64,000 bases of DNA, taken from IMG/VR virus record IMGVR_UViG_3300020055_000005, positions 1 through 64,000 of that record, one strand, 5' to 3'. Positions 1 through 9,354 of the stretch are shown in pieces; within the stretch, counting starts at the first letter, position 1, and each line of letters begins with the position of its first letter. A model generated the notes under the pieces. It was not told the origin of the DNA. It ran no database searches and worked only from the letters and a program-made list of their open reading frames with translations. The translations under genes and the position numbers were made by a program. The DNA comes from a virus.

Positions 1-171
1 GAATTTGATTTCACCATCACCCACTATATTAGTGATGGGTTCCATCTTAGTATCTAAAATATAATAGGGATTGAATACACCTTTTCGTTGATAATCAGGT
101 GACACGGTCAACTCTGAAATTACTTTCGGAGTCGTCCTTTTAATACCTGAGAATTCTGAAAAACTTTTCAT
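1..171 (-). CDS. Hypothetical protein, 5' part only (MKSFSEFSGIKRTTPK...), runs off the window
   Basis: Manually translated open frame from ATG at 171. A near-consensus late promoter (GATAAATA, 177-184) lies just upstream. The MKSF-x-EF start resembles T4-like head-targeted proteins. Confidence 0.55.
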   Translation of the reverse strand, partial: MKSFSEFSGIKRTTPKVISELTVSPDYQRKGVFNPYYILDTKMEPITNIVGDGEIKF

Positions 172-183
172 ACTACTATTTAT

Positions 184-1899
184 CTATTCTGCGATGCGAG
201 AGAAGTTTTTATGTTTCTCAAAACGAATCACATTCTCAAACTTGTCATATAATACATCACCTTTATGACTAATAATAAATGCATTAGTCTTCTCTGTCAA
301 GGTGTTTAGAAGTTTTAAGAAATCATCTGTTCCATTAGTGTCAAGTGAACTATCAAAAACTTCGTCTAATATCAATAGATTAGTGTTCACTGAGTTCTTC
401 ATACGTGCAACAGCTCTCCAAGTGAATAGTAATGATAAGTCAATCCTCATCTTTTCACCCTGTGAGAAGTTATCGTATTTGAATACATCCCTGAACCTAG
501 ACTTGATGGTTTCTTCAAATGATTCGTTTAATTCAAAACCAACATAGAATTCTAATTGTGCAAGATACTTGTTAATCAGTTTGTTCATGATTGGAACGTA
601 CTGTTTGATAATCTTTTGTCTTACACCTTGATCACGTAGAAGTGTCACTGCAATATCATGATAGTGTTTCTGTTCTACTAAATTCTCTTTCTTTCTGTGT
701 AGGATGTCTAAAGAATCTTCTTCAGTTTCTATTTCATCTTGTACATTATTGTTCCCTGTTTGTTCTTCCTCAAGTTTAGTAATCTCTCCTTGAATCTTCT
801 TAATAAATTTTTGGTTTGAAACCACTTCCGATTGAAGAAGTCCGATATCCTTTTGTACCTTTTCGATACTATCCTGTACCTGTGAGATTTCGTCGAGTCT
901 TGATTGTGCTGAATTAATCGTCTCCTCGATTGATGCAATTGCATGGTTGATCTCATCTGCCTTCGCCTTGCGTTCTGCAATGTGTTTCTCCTTGTGTTCT
1001 TGATCTAACCCCTGTTTACACGTTGGACAGTCATCATTTTCCTCATAGAATTCGACATCTTTAATTGCCTTTCTACGAGCCTCTTGCAACTGTCTCTCCA
1101 ATTCTGTTGCTTGTTTGAGTCTATCGCCTTGAGGGTCTTTATCCTTGATGGTGGATTTTTTCTCCACCACATCTTTCGTCTTTTCATCCACTTCTCCTAA
1201 AAGTTTATCGATGTTATTTTGTGTTTCATCAACGGTGGATTCATACTGTTTGATTTTCTTTTCACGATTTTCACGAAGTGCATTGAGTTGATTATTAAGT
1301 CCGTTGATACGTTCTTCTAATATTTCAATTTCATGATTATTGTCATTCACTTCAATCTTGTGGTCAGAAATCTTTTTCTTTAGTATGTCAGACATAGTTG
1401 TAAAGATAGAGATATCCAACAAGTCTTCTACAAGTTTACGTCTTTCAACTGCCTTTAACTGCATGAAAGGTGTAAAGTTTGCAGAACCTAGTATTGCGAC
1501 TTGAGTAAAGGAACGGTAACTCATTTTGAGTACGTTCTTTTCTAGGTGTTCTTGATAGTCTCTCATGGTTGCATCTTGATTGATAAGTACATCATTCATG
1601 TACAATTCAAACTTATTTGGTTTCGCACCACGGAGTACTTTGTATCGTTTCTTACCAATATCAAACTCAACCTCAACTACAAGGTCACGTCCATTGATAG
1701 AATTGATAAGAAGGTCTTTCTTGAGATTACGGAACCCTTTACCATAGAGTCCAAAACAAAGTGCATCTAATAGGGTAGACTTCCCTGCACCATTCTCTCC
1801 CAAGATTAATGTTGTTTGATGTGAGTCTAGTTGTATTTCAGTAAACTTGTTACCTGAGCTCAGTAAATTTTTGTATCTTACTTTTCGAAAATTTATCAT
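184..1899 (-). CDS. gp46: Recombination endonuclease ATPase subunit (Rad50/SbcC-like)
   Basis: Walker A GENGAGKS, CPTC zinc hook in coiled coil, FSQGE signature, LLILDEVFD Walker B. Confidence 0.97.
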   Translation of the reverse strand: MINFRKVRYKNLLSSGNKFTEIQLDSHQTTLILGENGAGKSTLLDALCFGLYGKGFRNLKKDLLINSINGRDLVVEVEFDIGKKRYKVLRGAKPNKFELYMNDVLINQDATMRDYQEHLEKNVLKMSYRSFTQVAILGSANFTPFMQLKAVERRKLVEDLLDISIFTTMSDILKKKISDHKIEVNDNNHEIEILEERINGLNNQLNALRENREKKIKQYESTVDETQNNIDKLLGEVDEKTKDVVEKKSTIKDKDPQGDRLKQATELERQLQEARRKAIKDVEFYEENDDCPTCKQGLDQEHKEKHIAERKAKADEINHAIASIEETINSAQSRLDEISQVQDSIEKVQKDIGLLQSEVVSNQKFIKKIQGEITKLEEEQTGNNNVQDEIETEEDSLDILHRKKENLVEQKHYHDIAVTLLRDQGVRQKIIKQYVPIMNKLINKYLAQLEFYVGFELNESFEETIKSRFRDVFKYDNFSQGEKMRIDLSLLFTWRAVARMKNSVNTNLLILDEVFDSSLDTNGTDDFLKLLNTLTEKTNAFIISHKGDVLYDKFENVIRFEKHKNFSRIAE

Positions 1900-2963
1900 A
1901 GATAGTTATGTTCATCAAGGGCTTCATTATATAATGAGGTCATCAAATCTGTAAGAGGTTTTTTCTTCCCTTGAATGTCGAGACCTTCTATGTACTTTGT
2001 GAGGATGGTTAGAGTGTCTTCAACGTCACCCATATCTTCATCATCCATAAAGTCCATGTGTTTATTATCGTCAACAACTGAAACATGAAGAGGACTTACT
2101 GCATGTATTTTGTCTAAGAATGTATCAAACCAATAAGGATTGTCTTTATTGACAACTACAATCTTAGTAAACTTACCAGTGTATTTTGAGTAATCTGCAT
2201 TTGATATTGTTTCAAATGTTTCCTTTGTATCATCATAGAATGCCTTTTCAAACATTGTAATAGGATTGTGTACAGGAAGTAGATCACGTGTTTCAGTATC
2301 AAAGATATGAAAGTGTTTACCATCACCATAGTCAGACCAAGTGAATTGCATCTGAGACCCTAGGTATCTGATATTTGCGAATTCAGATTTTTGATGGAAG
2401 TGTCCACTTAAAACTTTCTCGAATCGTTTTACATAAGAATGGTCAAGTCCATGTTGACACGTCATGCCTGGCATCATCAATGCACCTTCAAATTCGAAGT
2501 GTCCCATACACCATTCTGCATTTGCGTTCATTAAGAATTCAACTGAGTCTGCATAGTTCTCAGGATTAATCCATGGAACCAGTGCAACATTAAACCCATC
2601 AAAATCCTTTACAATAGGTTCAGAAATAACGTTAACGTTTGGTTGATTGTATAACAACAACTCAGGTGCATTAACATCATTGGTATTCTTATAATAGGTG
2701 TCATGGTTACCTAGAATCAAATCCATAGTAATCCCACGTTCATTCATAGGTTCTATAAAGTGATCTAGATTTGCCTTCATAGATGCAAAGTTAATATACT
2801 TTCTTCTATCAAAGTAATCTCCTAGGTGGACAATGTGTTTAATATCATGTTCATCCAAATATGGAAAGAACACTTCATTATAAAAACGACCTTGATATTT
2901 GGCCATTTCAATCATGTCACCTCTGACACCACAATGGGTATCGTTCAGTATCGCAAATTTCAT
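1896..2963 (-). CDS. gp47: Recombination endonuclease nuclease subunit (Mre11/SbcD-like)
   Basis: DTH, GDYFD, GNHD and GHFH phosphoesterase motifs; adjacent to gp46. Confidence 0.97.
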   Translation of the reverse strand: MKFAILNDTHCGVRGDMIEMAKYQGRFYNEVFFPYLDEHDIKHIVHLGDYFDRRKYINFASMKANLDHFIEPMNERGITMDLILGNHDTYYKNTNDVNAPELLLYNQPNVNVISEPIVKDFDGFNVALVPWINPENYADSVEFLMNANAEWCMGHFEFEGALMMPGMTCQHGLDHSYVKRFEKVLSGHFHQKSEFANIRYLGSQMQFTWSDYGDGKHFHIFDTETRDLLPVHNPITMFEKAFYDDTKETFETISNADYSKYTGKFTKIVVVNKDNPYWFDTFLDKIHAVSPLHVSVVDDNKHMDFMDDEDMGDVEDTLTILTKYIEGLDIQGKKKPLTDLMTSLYNEALDEHNYL

Positions 2964-3517
2964 TCTGTAAATTTATCTAATGTTGATGTTTTCTTTTTGT
3001 TTGTTCGTTTTGATTTCCTTGGTTCGTATTCAACACGATTCATGTTCTCTTGCATCCACTCTACGTTGGTATTGGTTAAACTTGGGTCATAGACTCCATC
3101 AATCGTTTCGAAAGCATCCATGGTCACATTCGTTGCATCAATCGCCTGTTGTTTTATGAATACCTGTTTCTTCTCCTTTTGAATTCGTCTTAGGAATGCA
3201 TAATAACAGATTTGAGTGACGTATGCGAATGCATTATTTGATTTTTCTTGATTAAAGTTACCAATATACTGAATACAATTTTCAATTGCATCACAGATCA
3301 TTTCATCCCTGTAAGTATAATTGATAAAGTTTGGACGTGTAGATAGTCGAGTTGCGATCTTATAGATACACTCTCCTATGTACTCGGTCATCCTTGGTGG
3401 GGTTTTCCCCTTTGATTCTGCGAGTTTAACCGCTTGATTAAAATCGGAGACTGCTTGAGTGAACTCTTTGTTGTTAACATAGTGTTCTGCCTTTTTAGGG
3501 TCTTTTTTAGTAGTCAT
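2960..3517 (-). CDS. gp55: Late transcription sigma factor
   Basis: HYVNNKEF, YIGECIYKIA, NFINYTYRDEMI and AFAYVTQICYYAFLRRI motifs. Start placed at the ATG at 3517. Confidence 0.95.
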   Translation of the reverse strand: MTTKKDPKKAEHYVNNKEFTQAVSDFNQAVKLAESKGKTPPRMTEYIGECIYKIATRLSTRPNFINYTYRDEMICDAIENCIQYIGNFNQEKSNNAFAYVTQICYYAFLRRIQKEKKQVFIKQQAIDATNVTMDAFETIDGVYDPSLTNTNVEWMQENMNRVEYEPRKSKRTNKKKTSTLDKFTE

Positions 3518-3523
3518 ACGTAT

Positions 3524-3552
3524 ATAATACACGAAAACCCCTGATTCTACAA
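3524..3552 (-). promoter_or_regulatory. Sigma70-like promoter for gp55 (TTGTAG-17-TATTAT), overlapping a hairpin that probably terminates iscA
   Basis: Minus-strand sequence AAAACCCCCTTGTAGAATCAGGGGTTTTCGTGTATTAT; inverted repeat AAAACCCC/GGGGTTTT. Confidence 0.5.
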
Positions 3553-3570
3553 GGGGGTTTTATATATTTA

Positions 3571-3894
3571 TTAAACAGTGAAATTTACAGACACACCACA
3601 TCCACATGATGCAGTTTCTTTAGGATTTATAAATTTAAAAAAGGAATTGAGTCCTTCTATTACAAAGTCTAGTGTCATACCTTCTATATATGGTACACTA
3701 TCTTGGTCGATTAGTATAGAGAATTTTCCATAATCTACGATGGTATCATGTGCATCAGGAACCATAGAGCTATCAAAGATGTATTCAAAACCAGCACAAC
3801 CCCCACCAGTAACACCAACTCTGATGTGGTTAAATCCATCCCTTTGTTGCAACGATAGGATTTGAGTAATCGCCTCATTTGTAACTTCTATCAT
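3571..3894 (-). CDS. iscA: A-type Fe-S cluster carrier protein (IscA/SufA/HesB family)
   Basis: GGGCAGFEY and C-terminal CGCGVS motifs. Confidence 0.93.
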   Translation of the reverse strand: MIEVTNEAITQILSLQQRDGFNHIRVGVTGGGCAGFEYIFDSSMVPDAHDTIVDYGKFSILIDQDSVPYIEGMTLDFVIEGLNSFFKFINPKETASCGCGVSVNFTV

Positions 3895-4325
3895 AGTCCG
3901 TTTTCAGGATAGAGATTATGTTTCCTATGTGCAGTCTTTTGTTCCCAGTCCTCTATTGCTTTATGGATACTTTCCTCTGCAAGGACTGAACAGTGAATCT
4001 TAATAGGTGGTAAATCTAATGCATCTGCAATGTCTTTATCTTTAACTAGTTTTGCTTCTTCTATTGTTTTACCTTTTAACATATCCACAAACATAGAAGA
4101 ACTTGCGATTGCAGAACCACATCCGTATGTTTTAAATACAACATCCTCGATTCTGTCATCGATATCTAGTTTTAATTGAAGTCGCATTACGTCTCCACAT
4201 GCAGGAGCACCAGCCATTCCAGTTGCGACATTGGGGTCGTTGGGGTCAAATCTCCCAACGTTGAATGATTTAGGATTGTTCGTTACTTGTTCGAACCTCT
4301 CCAATACCTCTTTCGAATAGGGCAT
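3891..4325 (-). CDS. iscU: Fe-S cluster scaffold protein IscU
   Basis: GAPACGDVM, FKTYGCGSAIASSS and LPPIKIHCS motifs (three Cys plus a variant of the LPPVK chaperone motif). Confidence 0.96.
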   Translation of the reverse strand: MPYSKEVLERFEQVTNNPKSFNVGRFDPNDPNVATGMAGAPACGDVMRLQLKLDIDDRIEDVVFKTYGCGSAIASSSMFVDMLKGKTIEEAKLVKDKDIADALDLPPIKIHCSVLAEESIHKAIEDWEQKTAHRKHNLYPENGL

Positions 4326-4449
4326 ATTCTATCTTCTCCAGTCGTTCTAACAACTCTTTGAACCCATCAAATTCACAAAGACCTATAGGAGGATGAGAAT
4401 CCTTCTCTAAGGTTTCTATTCTTTGTATAATTTTCTGTAGTTCATCCAC
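4270..4449 (-). CDS. Small hypothetical protein (59 aa, MDELQKIIQRIETLEKDSHPP...)
   Basis: Manual translation with a GTG start directly after late promoter TATAAATA at 4454-4461; overlaps the iscU start. Confidence 0.5.
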   Translation of the reverse strand: MDELQKIIQRIETLEKDSHPPIGLCEFDGFKELLERLEKIEYALFERGIGEVRTSNEQS

Positions 4450-4453
4450 TCTA

Positions 4454-4461
4454 TATTTATA
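4454..4461 (-). promoter_or_regulatory. T4-type late promoter TATAAATA upstream of iscU-iscA
   Basis: Exact gp55 consensus in an intergenic position. Confidence 0.7.
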
Positions 4462-4546
4462 TAAAAAAAATTAAAAAAGTCCCTTGTACATTCATAAAAA
4501 TATGATATACTAATTATGTCCCACAGGGGATGCTTATATAAAGAGA

Positions 4547-4750
4547 TTATCCTGCATAGGATGGGGATAGTAACCAAAAGATTCCTAACATCCCACCAAA
4601 CATCGTCAACTGTATTAACGTTGGTATGACGACGAAATACATGAGTGGGTCAGGTTTTCCACTGCGAAAGAAGTCTGTCCTTTCCCACTCTTTAACCTCT
4701 TCAGGTGATGCATCTCTAGGTTTATTTAGAGGTAGAGATAACTGTGACAT
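4547..4750 (-). CDS. Small membrane protein
   Basis: C-terminal hydrophobic helix (LMYFVVIPTLIQLTMFGGMLGIFWLL). Confidence 0.65.
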   Translation of the reverse strand: MSQLSLPLNKPRDASPEEVKEWERTDFFRSGKPDPLMYFVVIPTLIQLTMFGGMLGIFWLLSPSYAG

Positions 4751-5010
4751 CAGTCAGATTTTTTTGGACACCTGTTTCTGATCATATACTCTGATGACTT
4801 TCTAAGTTCTTTCTTAGATAGTTTACCATCTTTGTTTTTGTCAGCATGCTTAAAAAGCCCAGGCTTAACGACACAACCCATTTGTGATAATTCACTAGGG
4901 ACGACGAACCCATCTGAATCTAAGTCAAATTTTCTCATTCTCCAGTCATCTGCGTATGCATTTGTTACAAACCCAAGAGTAACTATAAGTGCAAAAATTT
5001 GTTTTTTCAT
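4750..5010 (-). CDS. Secreted EF-hand calcium-binding protein
   Basis: Signal peptide MKKQIFALIVTLGFVTNAYA; EF loops DLDSDGFVVPSE and DKNKDGKLSKKE; two Cys; AGGAG RBS before the ATG at 5010. Confidence 0.8.
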   Translation of the reverse strand: MKKQIFALIVTLGFVTNAYADDWRMRKFDLDSDGFVVPSELSQMGCVVKPGLFKHADKNKDGKLSKKELRKSSEYMIRNRCPKKSD

Positions 5011-5018
5011 TTGTTCTC

Positions 5019-5165
5019 CTAAACGATAGGTGCAATGGCGAATGTGCAAGTCACGAATACTAAAACGAGAGTCACTAGTTCAAGTGCCTCTAAAAAGTCA
5101 GCTTCAGTAGTACCACGAATTCCATGCTCGGCATCACGTACTAATTTTTTGACCAATTCAGTCAT
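5019..5165 (-). CDS. 48-aa membrane peptide (MTELVKKLVRDAEHG...LVTLVLVFVTCTFAIAPIV)
   Basis: Manual translation; GGAG upstream; late promoter at 5221-5228; C-terminal TM helix. Confidence 0.6.
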   Translation of the reverse strand: MTELVKKLVRDAEHGIRGTTEADFLEALELVTLVLVFVTCTFAIAPIV

Positions 5166-5220
5166 ATTGTTTTATTAACTCCATTGATAATGTGATATAA
5201 CTGCACGTTATACACGTGGA

Positions 5221-5228
5221 TATTTATA
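5221..5228 (-). promoter_or_regulatory. Late promoter TATAAATA
   Basis: Exact consensus upstream of the small-ORF operon. Confidence 0.65.
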
Positions 5229-5356
5229 AAACTTTTATTTCTAACAGATATATTTTTGAAAATTATTTTATGGACAAACTTTGTATGATTTATAGAAAGT
5301 ATATGCGCCTGTGATTATAGGCAACATCATTAGAGTTGCAAGTAAAAAAATTTCCA

Positions 5357-5890
5357 TTAGTGGATTTTCTTCTTGTCTTTAGGTGGTCTTGCAGAAAAGA
5401 AATCTTCGTATTCGTCACGTTCCAAATCCAGTTCCTCTTGCATAGCCTCTAACCATTCTAGGTCTGCTTCTTCAGGATGTCTTTGCATGTCCATCATTCT
5501 TTTTACCAAGTCATCTAATTGTGACCTGACATCTACTTGGTCACCGATTGGTAAATTATTATCTAGTGGAATAGTTCCAGTCTCTACCATGTTCAACCAC
5601 TTAGATGATGCGTTGTCATAGAATGGAACTATTTGTTTATTAAGTGTGTTCCTATGTAAGATCATATCATCAGGTATTGTCACCGTAGTGTCTGATGATA
5701 AAGGTGAGTAAGGATAGAAGGTTGCAATAGTTCTACCTTTCATAGTTGCAGAGAGGTGACACATCATAGGTAATGTGACCTCGGTCTGACCTTCCAATCG
5801 TCTAGTCATACCCATAATCTCTTGACCTGTGTCAAGTCTGATTACTTCGTATTGATTAGGTACCAAATGTAAATCCTTAGGACTAGCCAT
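5357..5890 (-). CDS. Conserved T4-like hypothetical protein downstream of uvsW (Sm-like N-terminus)
   Basis: VIRLDTGQEIMG N-terminal pattern, acidic C-terminus ending KKIH, synteny with uvsW. Confidence 0.6.
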   Translation of the reverse strand: MASPKDLHLVPNQYEVIRLDTGQEIMGMTRRLEGQTEVTLPMMCHLSATMKGRTIATFYPYSPLSSDTTVTIPDDMILHRNTLNKQIVPFYDNASSKWLNMVETGTIPLDNNLPIGDQVDVRSQLDDLVKRMMDMQRHPEEADLEWLEAMQEELDLERDEYEDFFSARPPKDKKKIH

Positions 5891-7340
5891 CTTTTAAATC
5901 GAACTCTTGTATTTCATACGGAAAATTTTCCTCGTTGTATATATTTATTCGATCTTTAAGGTGGTTAAGTGTATAATTTTCGTTTTGTAGATCATCTGAT
6001 ATATCAAACAATCTCATTTTATCTTTACCTTCCGTTTTACGCAATCCTCTACCAATAGACTGTAGGTTTCTGATACGTGACTTGGATGGTGATGCGAATA
6101 CAATGTTGTCGATTCGTTTGATATTAACTCCTGTAGAGAAAGTTCCGTATGATGCTAGTATGACACTATTCTTAGACTTCTCAACAATCTCTCTAACCTT
6201 TTCTCTACTTTCAGTATCAGTTCCACCATACACATAGTGTAAGTCTTGTACTCTGCCATCTAACATGGGATATAAGACTTCACCATGTTTCTCTACATAT
6301 TGAAACAACACTAGTGTGTTGCCCTTTAGGGATGCAACTAAATTAGTAATGAACTGATTACGTCCTTGATGACTTACGAGATAATCCATCTCTTCTTGAT
6401 ATGTCATCTTCTTCTGTTTAGTATGACGAAGTATGACACAATCTATATTAATATTTGCAATCGTACCTTCTTCCATGAGTTGGTATGACGATATTACTTT
6501 TTTAACTGGCCCGAATAATCCTTCGAGTTGTAATCTATGAACTTCACTTCCATCAAGTGTACCTGTAGTACCTATACGGAAACCAGTGGAAGACATCTTC
6601 TCTAGTATACTCTTCAGTGTTTGTGCTTTGAATAAGTGTGCTTCGTCTCCGATGACTACATCGAATGACTGTAATGTTTCTTTAGGTGCTTTAGAAAAAC
6701 TCTGCCATGTGGTAATGGTAATAGGTGCATCAAACACTTCTTGTCCATGATATATCTTACAGACCTTTTCTTTGTATCCATAGTCTTCGAAGTCTTTACT
6801 CATCTGTTCTACTAGAGACGTTGTAGGAACGATTATAACGGTCTTACAGTTAGGTAAGGACATTTCCCCTTCAAACCACCTACACAACATATAAATGATT
6901 AGAGATTTACCACTTGCAGTTGGTGATAGTAGAAGTTGTCTACCATATTGCACTGCAGTTTTAAATGCATCTATTTGATAATCACGTGGTTCAAAGGGAA
7001 GACCCAAGCCTGGAATTAGGTCATCACCGTTAATAAAGAAATCAACATCCTCATCTGTAAGGAGTGTCTTTTCACCTATAACATCTTCAATACCACCAAA
7101 CTCAAATCCACGTTCTCTACAGAACTCATCAACGTATGGTAATAGTCCGATATAAATCTTTTTAGTCTTCAGAGAGAAGAGTCTGACTTTACCGTCCCAA
7201 AATTTATTTCGATAGGAAGGCATGAACTTTGCATTAGGTACAGTAAAGGAAAAGAAGTCATACAAATCACGTGCAAGTGAATCGTCGCAATTGACTTGCA
7301 TGAAGACTTCATCAACTTTACGTACAGTAACTTTTTCCAT
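5883..7340 (-). CDS. uvsW: SF2 DNA helicase UvsW
   Basis: SPTASGKS, DEAH, TGT and QSIGRGLR motifs. Confidence 0.96.
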   Translation of the reverse strand: MEKVTVRKVDEVFMQVNCDDSLARDLYDFFSFTVPNAKFMPSYRNKFWDGKVRLFSLKTKKIYIGLLPYVDEFCRERGFEFGGIEDVIGEKTLLTDEDVDFFINGDDLIPGLGLPFEPRDYQIDAFKTAVQYGRQLLLSPTASGKSLIIYMLCRWFEGEMSLPNCKTVIIVPTTSLVEQMSKDFEDYGYKEKVCKIYHGQEVFDAPITITTWQSFSKAPKETLQSFDVVIGDEAHLFKAQTLKSILEKMSSTGFRIGTTGTLDGSEVHRLQLEGLFGPVKKVISSYQLMEEGTIANINIDCVILRHTKQKKMTYQEEMDYLVSHQGRNQFITNLVASLKGNTLVLFQYVEKHGEVLYPMLDGRVQDLHYVYGGTDTESREKVREIVEKSKNSVILASYGTFSTGVNIKRIDNIVFASPSKSRIRNLQSIGRGLRKTEGKDKMRLFDISDDLQNENYTLNHLKDRINIYNEENFPYEIQEFDLKDG

Positions 7341-8020
7341 TAGATGTATGGTTTACCGACTAACCATCCTACTAGTGATATCCTTGTACCTCTTATAACT
7401 GGTGTTACTTGATGGTGTACAAAGGAAGGGAATACAATTAGACTACCTTTCTCTTGTGCAGAGAATGGAGCTCTTCTTTTTATATCTTCGATTCTAATGA
7501 TATCTTCATTGTGTCTAAGATTATCAAAAGTGTGTTGTGGTTCTAACCACTCAAAATGACCACCCTCATATTCATCAGGATGGGATAATTGTAATGTGAA
7601 ACTAAGTTTTCTTTGACTACCATTCTTATATGCATCTGAACCTGCATCTGTATGCCATGTATAGAAGTCTCCTGTAACTGGTGCATCAGGTCTATGTTTA
7701 TATACAGTGTATTGTAATGGTTCTAAGTAATCATATTCCCACGATGACCAATTGTTTCTTCGTGCAACTTCACCTACACCTTCGTGTATTTTTTCAAGTA
7801 GGTCTTTGGATAATGGTTGTCTTTCATCAAACCATTTAACTTCAGATTGTCTGATTTCACTTCTTACATTGAAGTCCTCATCCAATTGATCAGGGTCACC
7901 TTCTGCAAAACCAACTCTACCCTTTTCCCATGGTAATGAATCTGACTGTCTGTGTATCTCTTGAACTTCAGTATCAGAAAAAAACTCTGAAATATAACAA
8001 CAATAACTTTCTAATAACAT
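7340..8020 (-). CDS. 2OG-Fe(II) oxygenase (PKHD/prolyl-hydroxylase-like)
   Basis: WHTD...RKLSFTLQLS...YEGG...FPSFVHHQVTPV...RISLVGW. Confidence 0.9.
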   Translation of the reverse strand: MLLESYCCYISEFFSDTEVQEIHRQSDSLPWEKGRVGFAEGDPDQLDEDFNVRSEIRQSEVKWFDERQPLSKDLLEKIHEGVGEVARRNNWSSWEYDYLEPLQYTVYKHRPDAPVTGDFYTWHTDAGSDAYKNGSQRKLSFTLQLSHPDEYEGGHFEWLEPQHTFDNLRHNEDIIRIEDIKRRAPFSAQEKGSLIVFPSFVHHQVTPVIRGTRISLVGWLVGKPYI

Positions 8021-8463
8021 TACATACCACTCATAAATTTACGCCACTCAATAGTGTTCTTAATTGTTTGATGTCTCCATGTGATATTATCCATACATCT
8101 TTTTATGAAATCAATCTTCTCTTGGAGGTAATCCAGTTGTGTTCTTATCTTCATTATGTCAGGGTCTGCATCTAAAAAGATATTGATATCGTTCTTCATG
8201 ATTTTAAGACCATCGAATGGGTCATCTGACCATCCTAGTTGTTTGATACGATCACCGTCCATTTTACCGTTAAACCACAGCCATTTGTCTTTTAAGAGCA
8301 GTTTATACTCCAACTGTTTACCTTTATAGGAAACAATGCTGTCAGTTAATAATTCGGAGTATTTAGCGTGTAGTTTGGGAACTTCTAATGATGATTTGTC
8401 GAGTTCAATATCATCAATCTCACAGTCTTTAGACCATTCTAATTTCAATTCATCTAATGTCAT
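8020..8463 (-). CDS. uvsY: Recombination mediator UvsY
   Basis: PKLHAKY and IKNTIEWRKF motifs; synteny. Confidence 0.92.
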   Translation of the reverse strand: MTLDELKLEWSKDCEIDDIELDKSSLEVPKLHAKYSELLTDSIVSYKGKQLEYKLLLKDKWLWFNGKMDGDRIKQLGWSDDPFDGLKIMKNDINIFLDADPDIMKIRTQLDYLQEKIDFIKRCMDNITWRHQTIKNTIEWRKFMSGM

Positions 8464-8513
8464 AATAATCCAATAGTAGTATTTTCTACTATTATACCAT
8501 ATTTATGGGGATT

Positions 8514-9056
8514 TTACGAGGTGTTTTTTATCTCGTAGTATGAAAATCTAAATGATACGTTACAGGTTACTGCCTCTGACTCTGCCCCTGATTGCAATTC
8601 AATACCACTGATTGATATTGGGAATGCATCATGGAATCTAATAAATCTATTTGGAACGTTTTTGTTAGTGTTCATTACTAGTGTAATGTCTGAATACTGA
8701 TTCATATCATTATCTACTGCACTGTAAGTACCTGAACCTGTTTTAACTGAATCTACATATGCCTCATACGATGAGGGGTCTGATACAGGAACAATCGCAT
8801 CCATCCAATCAAAGATTTCTTTAAAGTTTTCTAAATCTTCATCCACTAAGAACGTACAGTCTAGTGTCTCAAATGACACTTTATCGCCTGGGAAGAATGC
8901 ATCCAAACCAATTCCTGTTGCAGACGTTGTTTCAGTAAATGATAAGCCTGGGATATTGCAAGACTGTATATAGTATTCCACTGTAGGAACTTTATCTATA
9001 AGAAGTCTAAAATTATTCTTATTCAGAATTGATTTGTTTATTGTTGTTTCAGCCAT
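8514..9056 (-). CDS. gp3: Tail completion / sheath stabiliser
   Basis: NFRLLI..P.VEYYIQSCNIPG, PGDK and FLVDEDLENF motifs; synteny. Confidence 0.88.
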   Translation of the reverse strand: MAETTINKSILNKNNFRLLIDKVPTVEYYIQSCNIPGLSFTETTSATGIGLDAFFPGDKVSFETLDCTFLVDEDLENFKEIFDWMDAIVPVSDPSSYEAYVDSVKTGSGTYSAVDNDMNQYSDITLVMNTNKNVPNRFIRFHDAFPISISGIELQSGAESEAVTCNVSFRFSYYEIKNTS

Positions 9057-9267
9057 TTAGTTTGATAATCCTTTTAGACGTTTTAGTGTCATAGTAATCT
9101 CCGTTACGATACTCTCTCTGAACTGTCTCTTCGCAAAGATATCCATCTCTAACGTATCGTGTAGCGATAGTCCTACTAATTACATCTGTCGTTTCGACTC
9201 CATCAGGGAATGCACTTTTTTCCCATGGGCCTTCTAACACTTTCACTGTTTTTGCATATTCACTCAT
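9049..9267 (-). CDS. Hypothetical protein
   Basis: ORF between gp23 and gp3. Confidence 0.6.
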   Translation of the reverse strand: MSEYAKTVKVLEGPWEKSAFPDGVETTDVISRTIATRYVRDGYLCEETVQREYRNGDYYDTKTSKRIIKLNG

Positions 9268-9306
9268 ATTGTATACCTATAAAAATTGTTACTTTATATT
9301 TAGGTA

Positions 9307-9335
9307 AAAAAAAGGGTCTCAAAGAGACCCTTTTT
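9307..9335 (-). terminator. Rho-independent terminator after gp23
   Basis: AAAAAGGGTCTC/GAGACCCTTTTT stem with U-tract. Confidence 0.85.
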
Positions 9336-9354
9336 AAAGTTCTTAAACTTTGGT

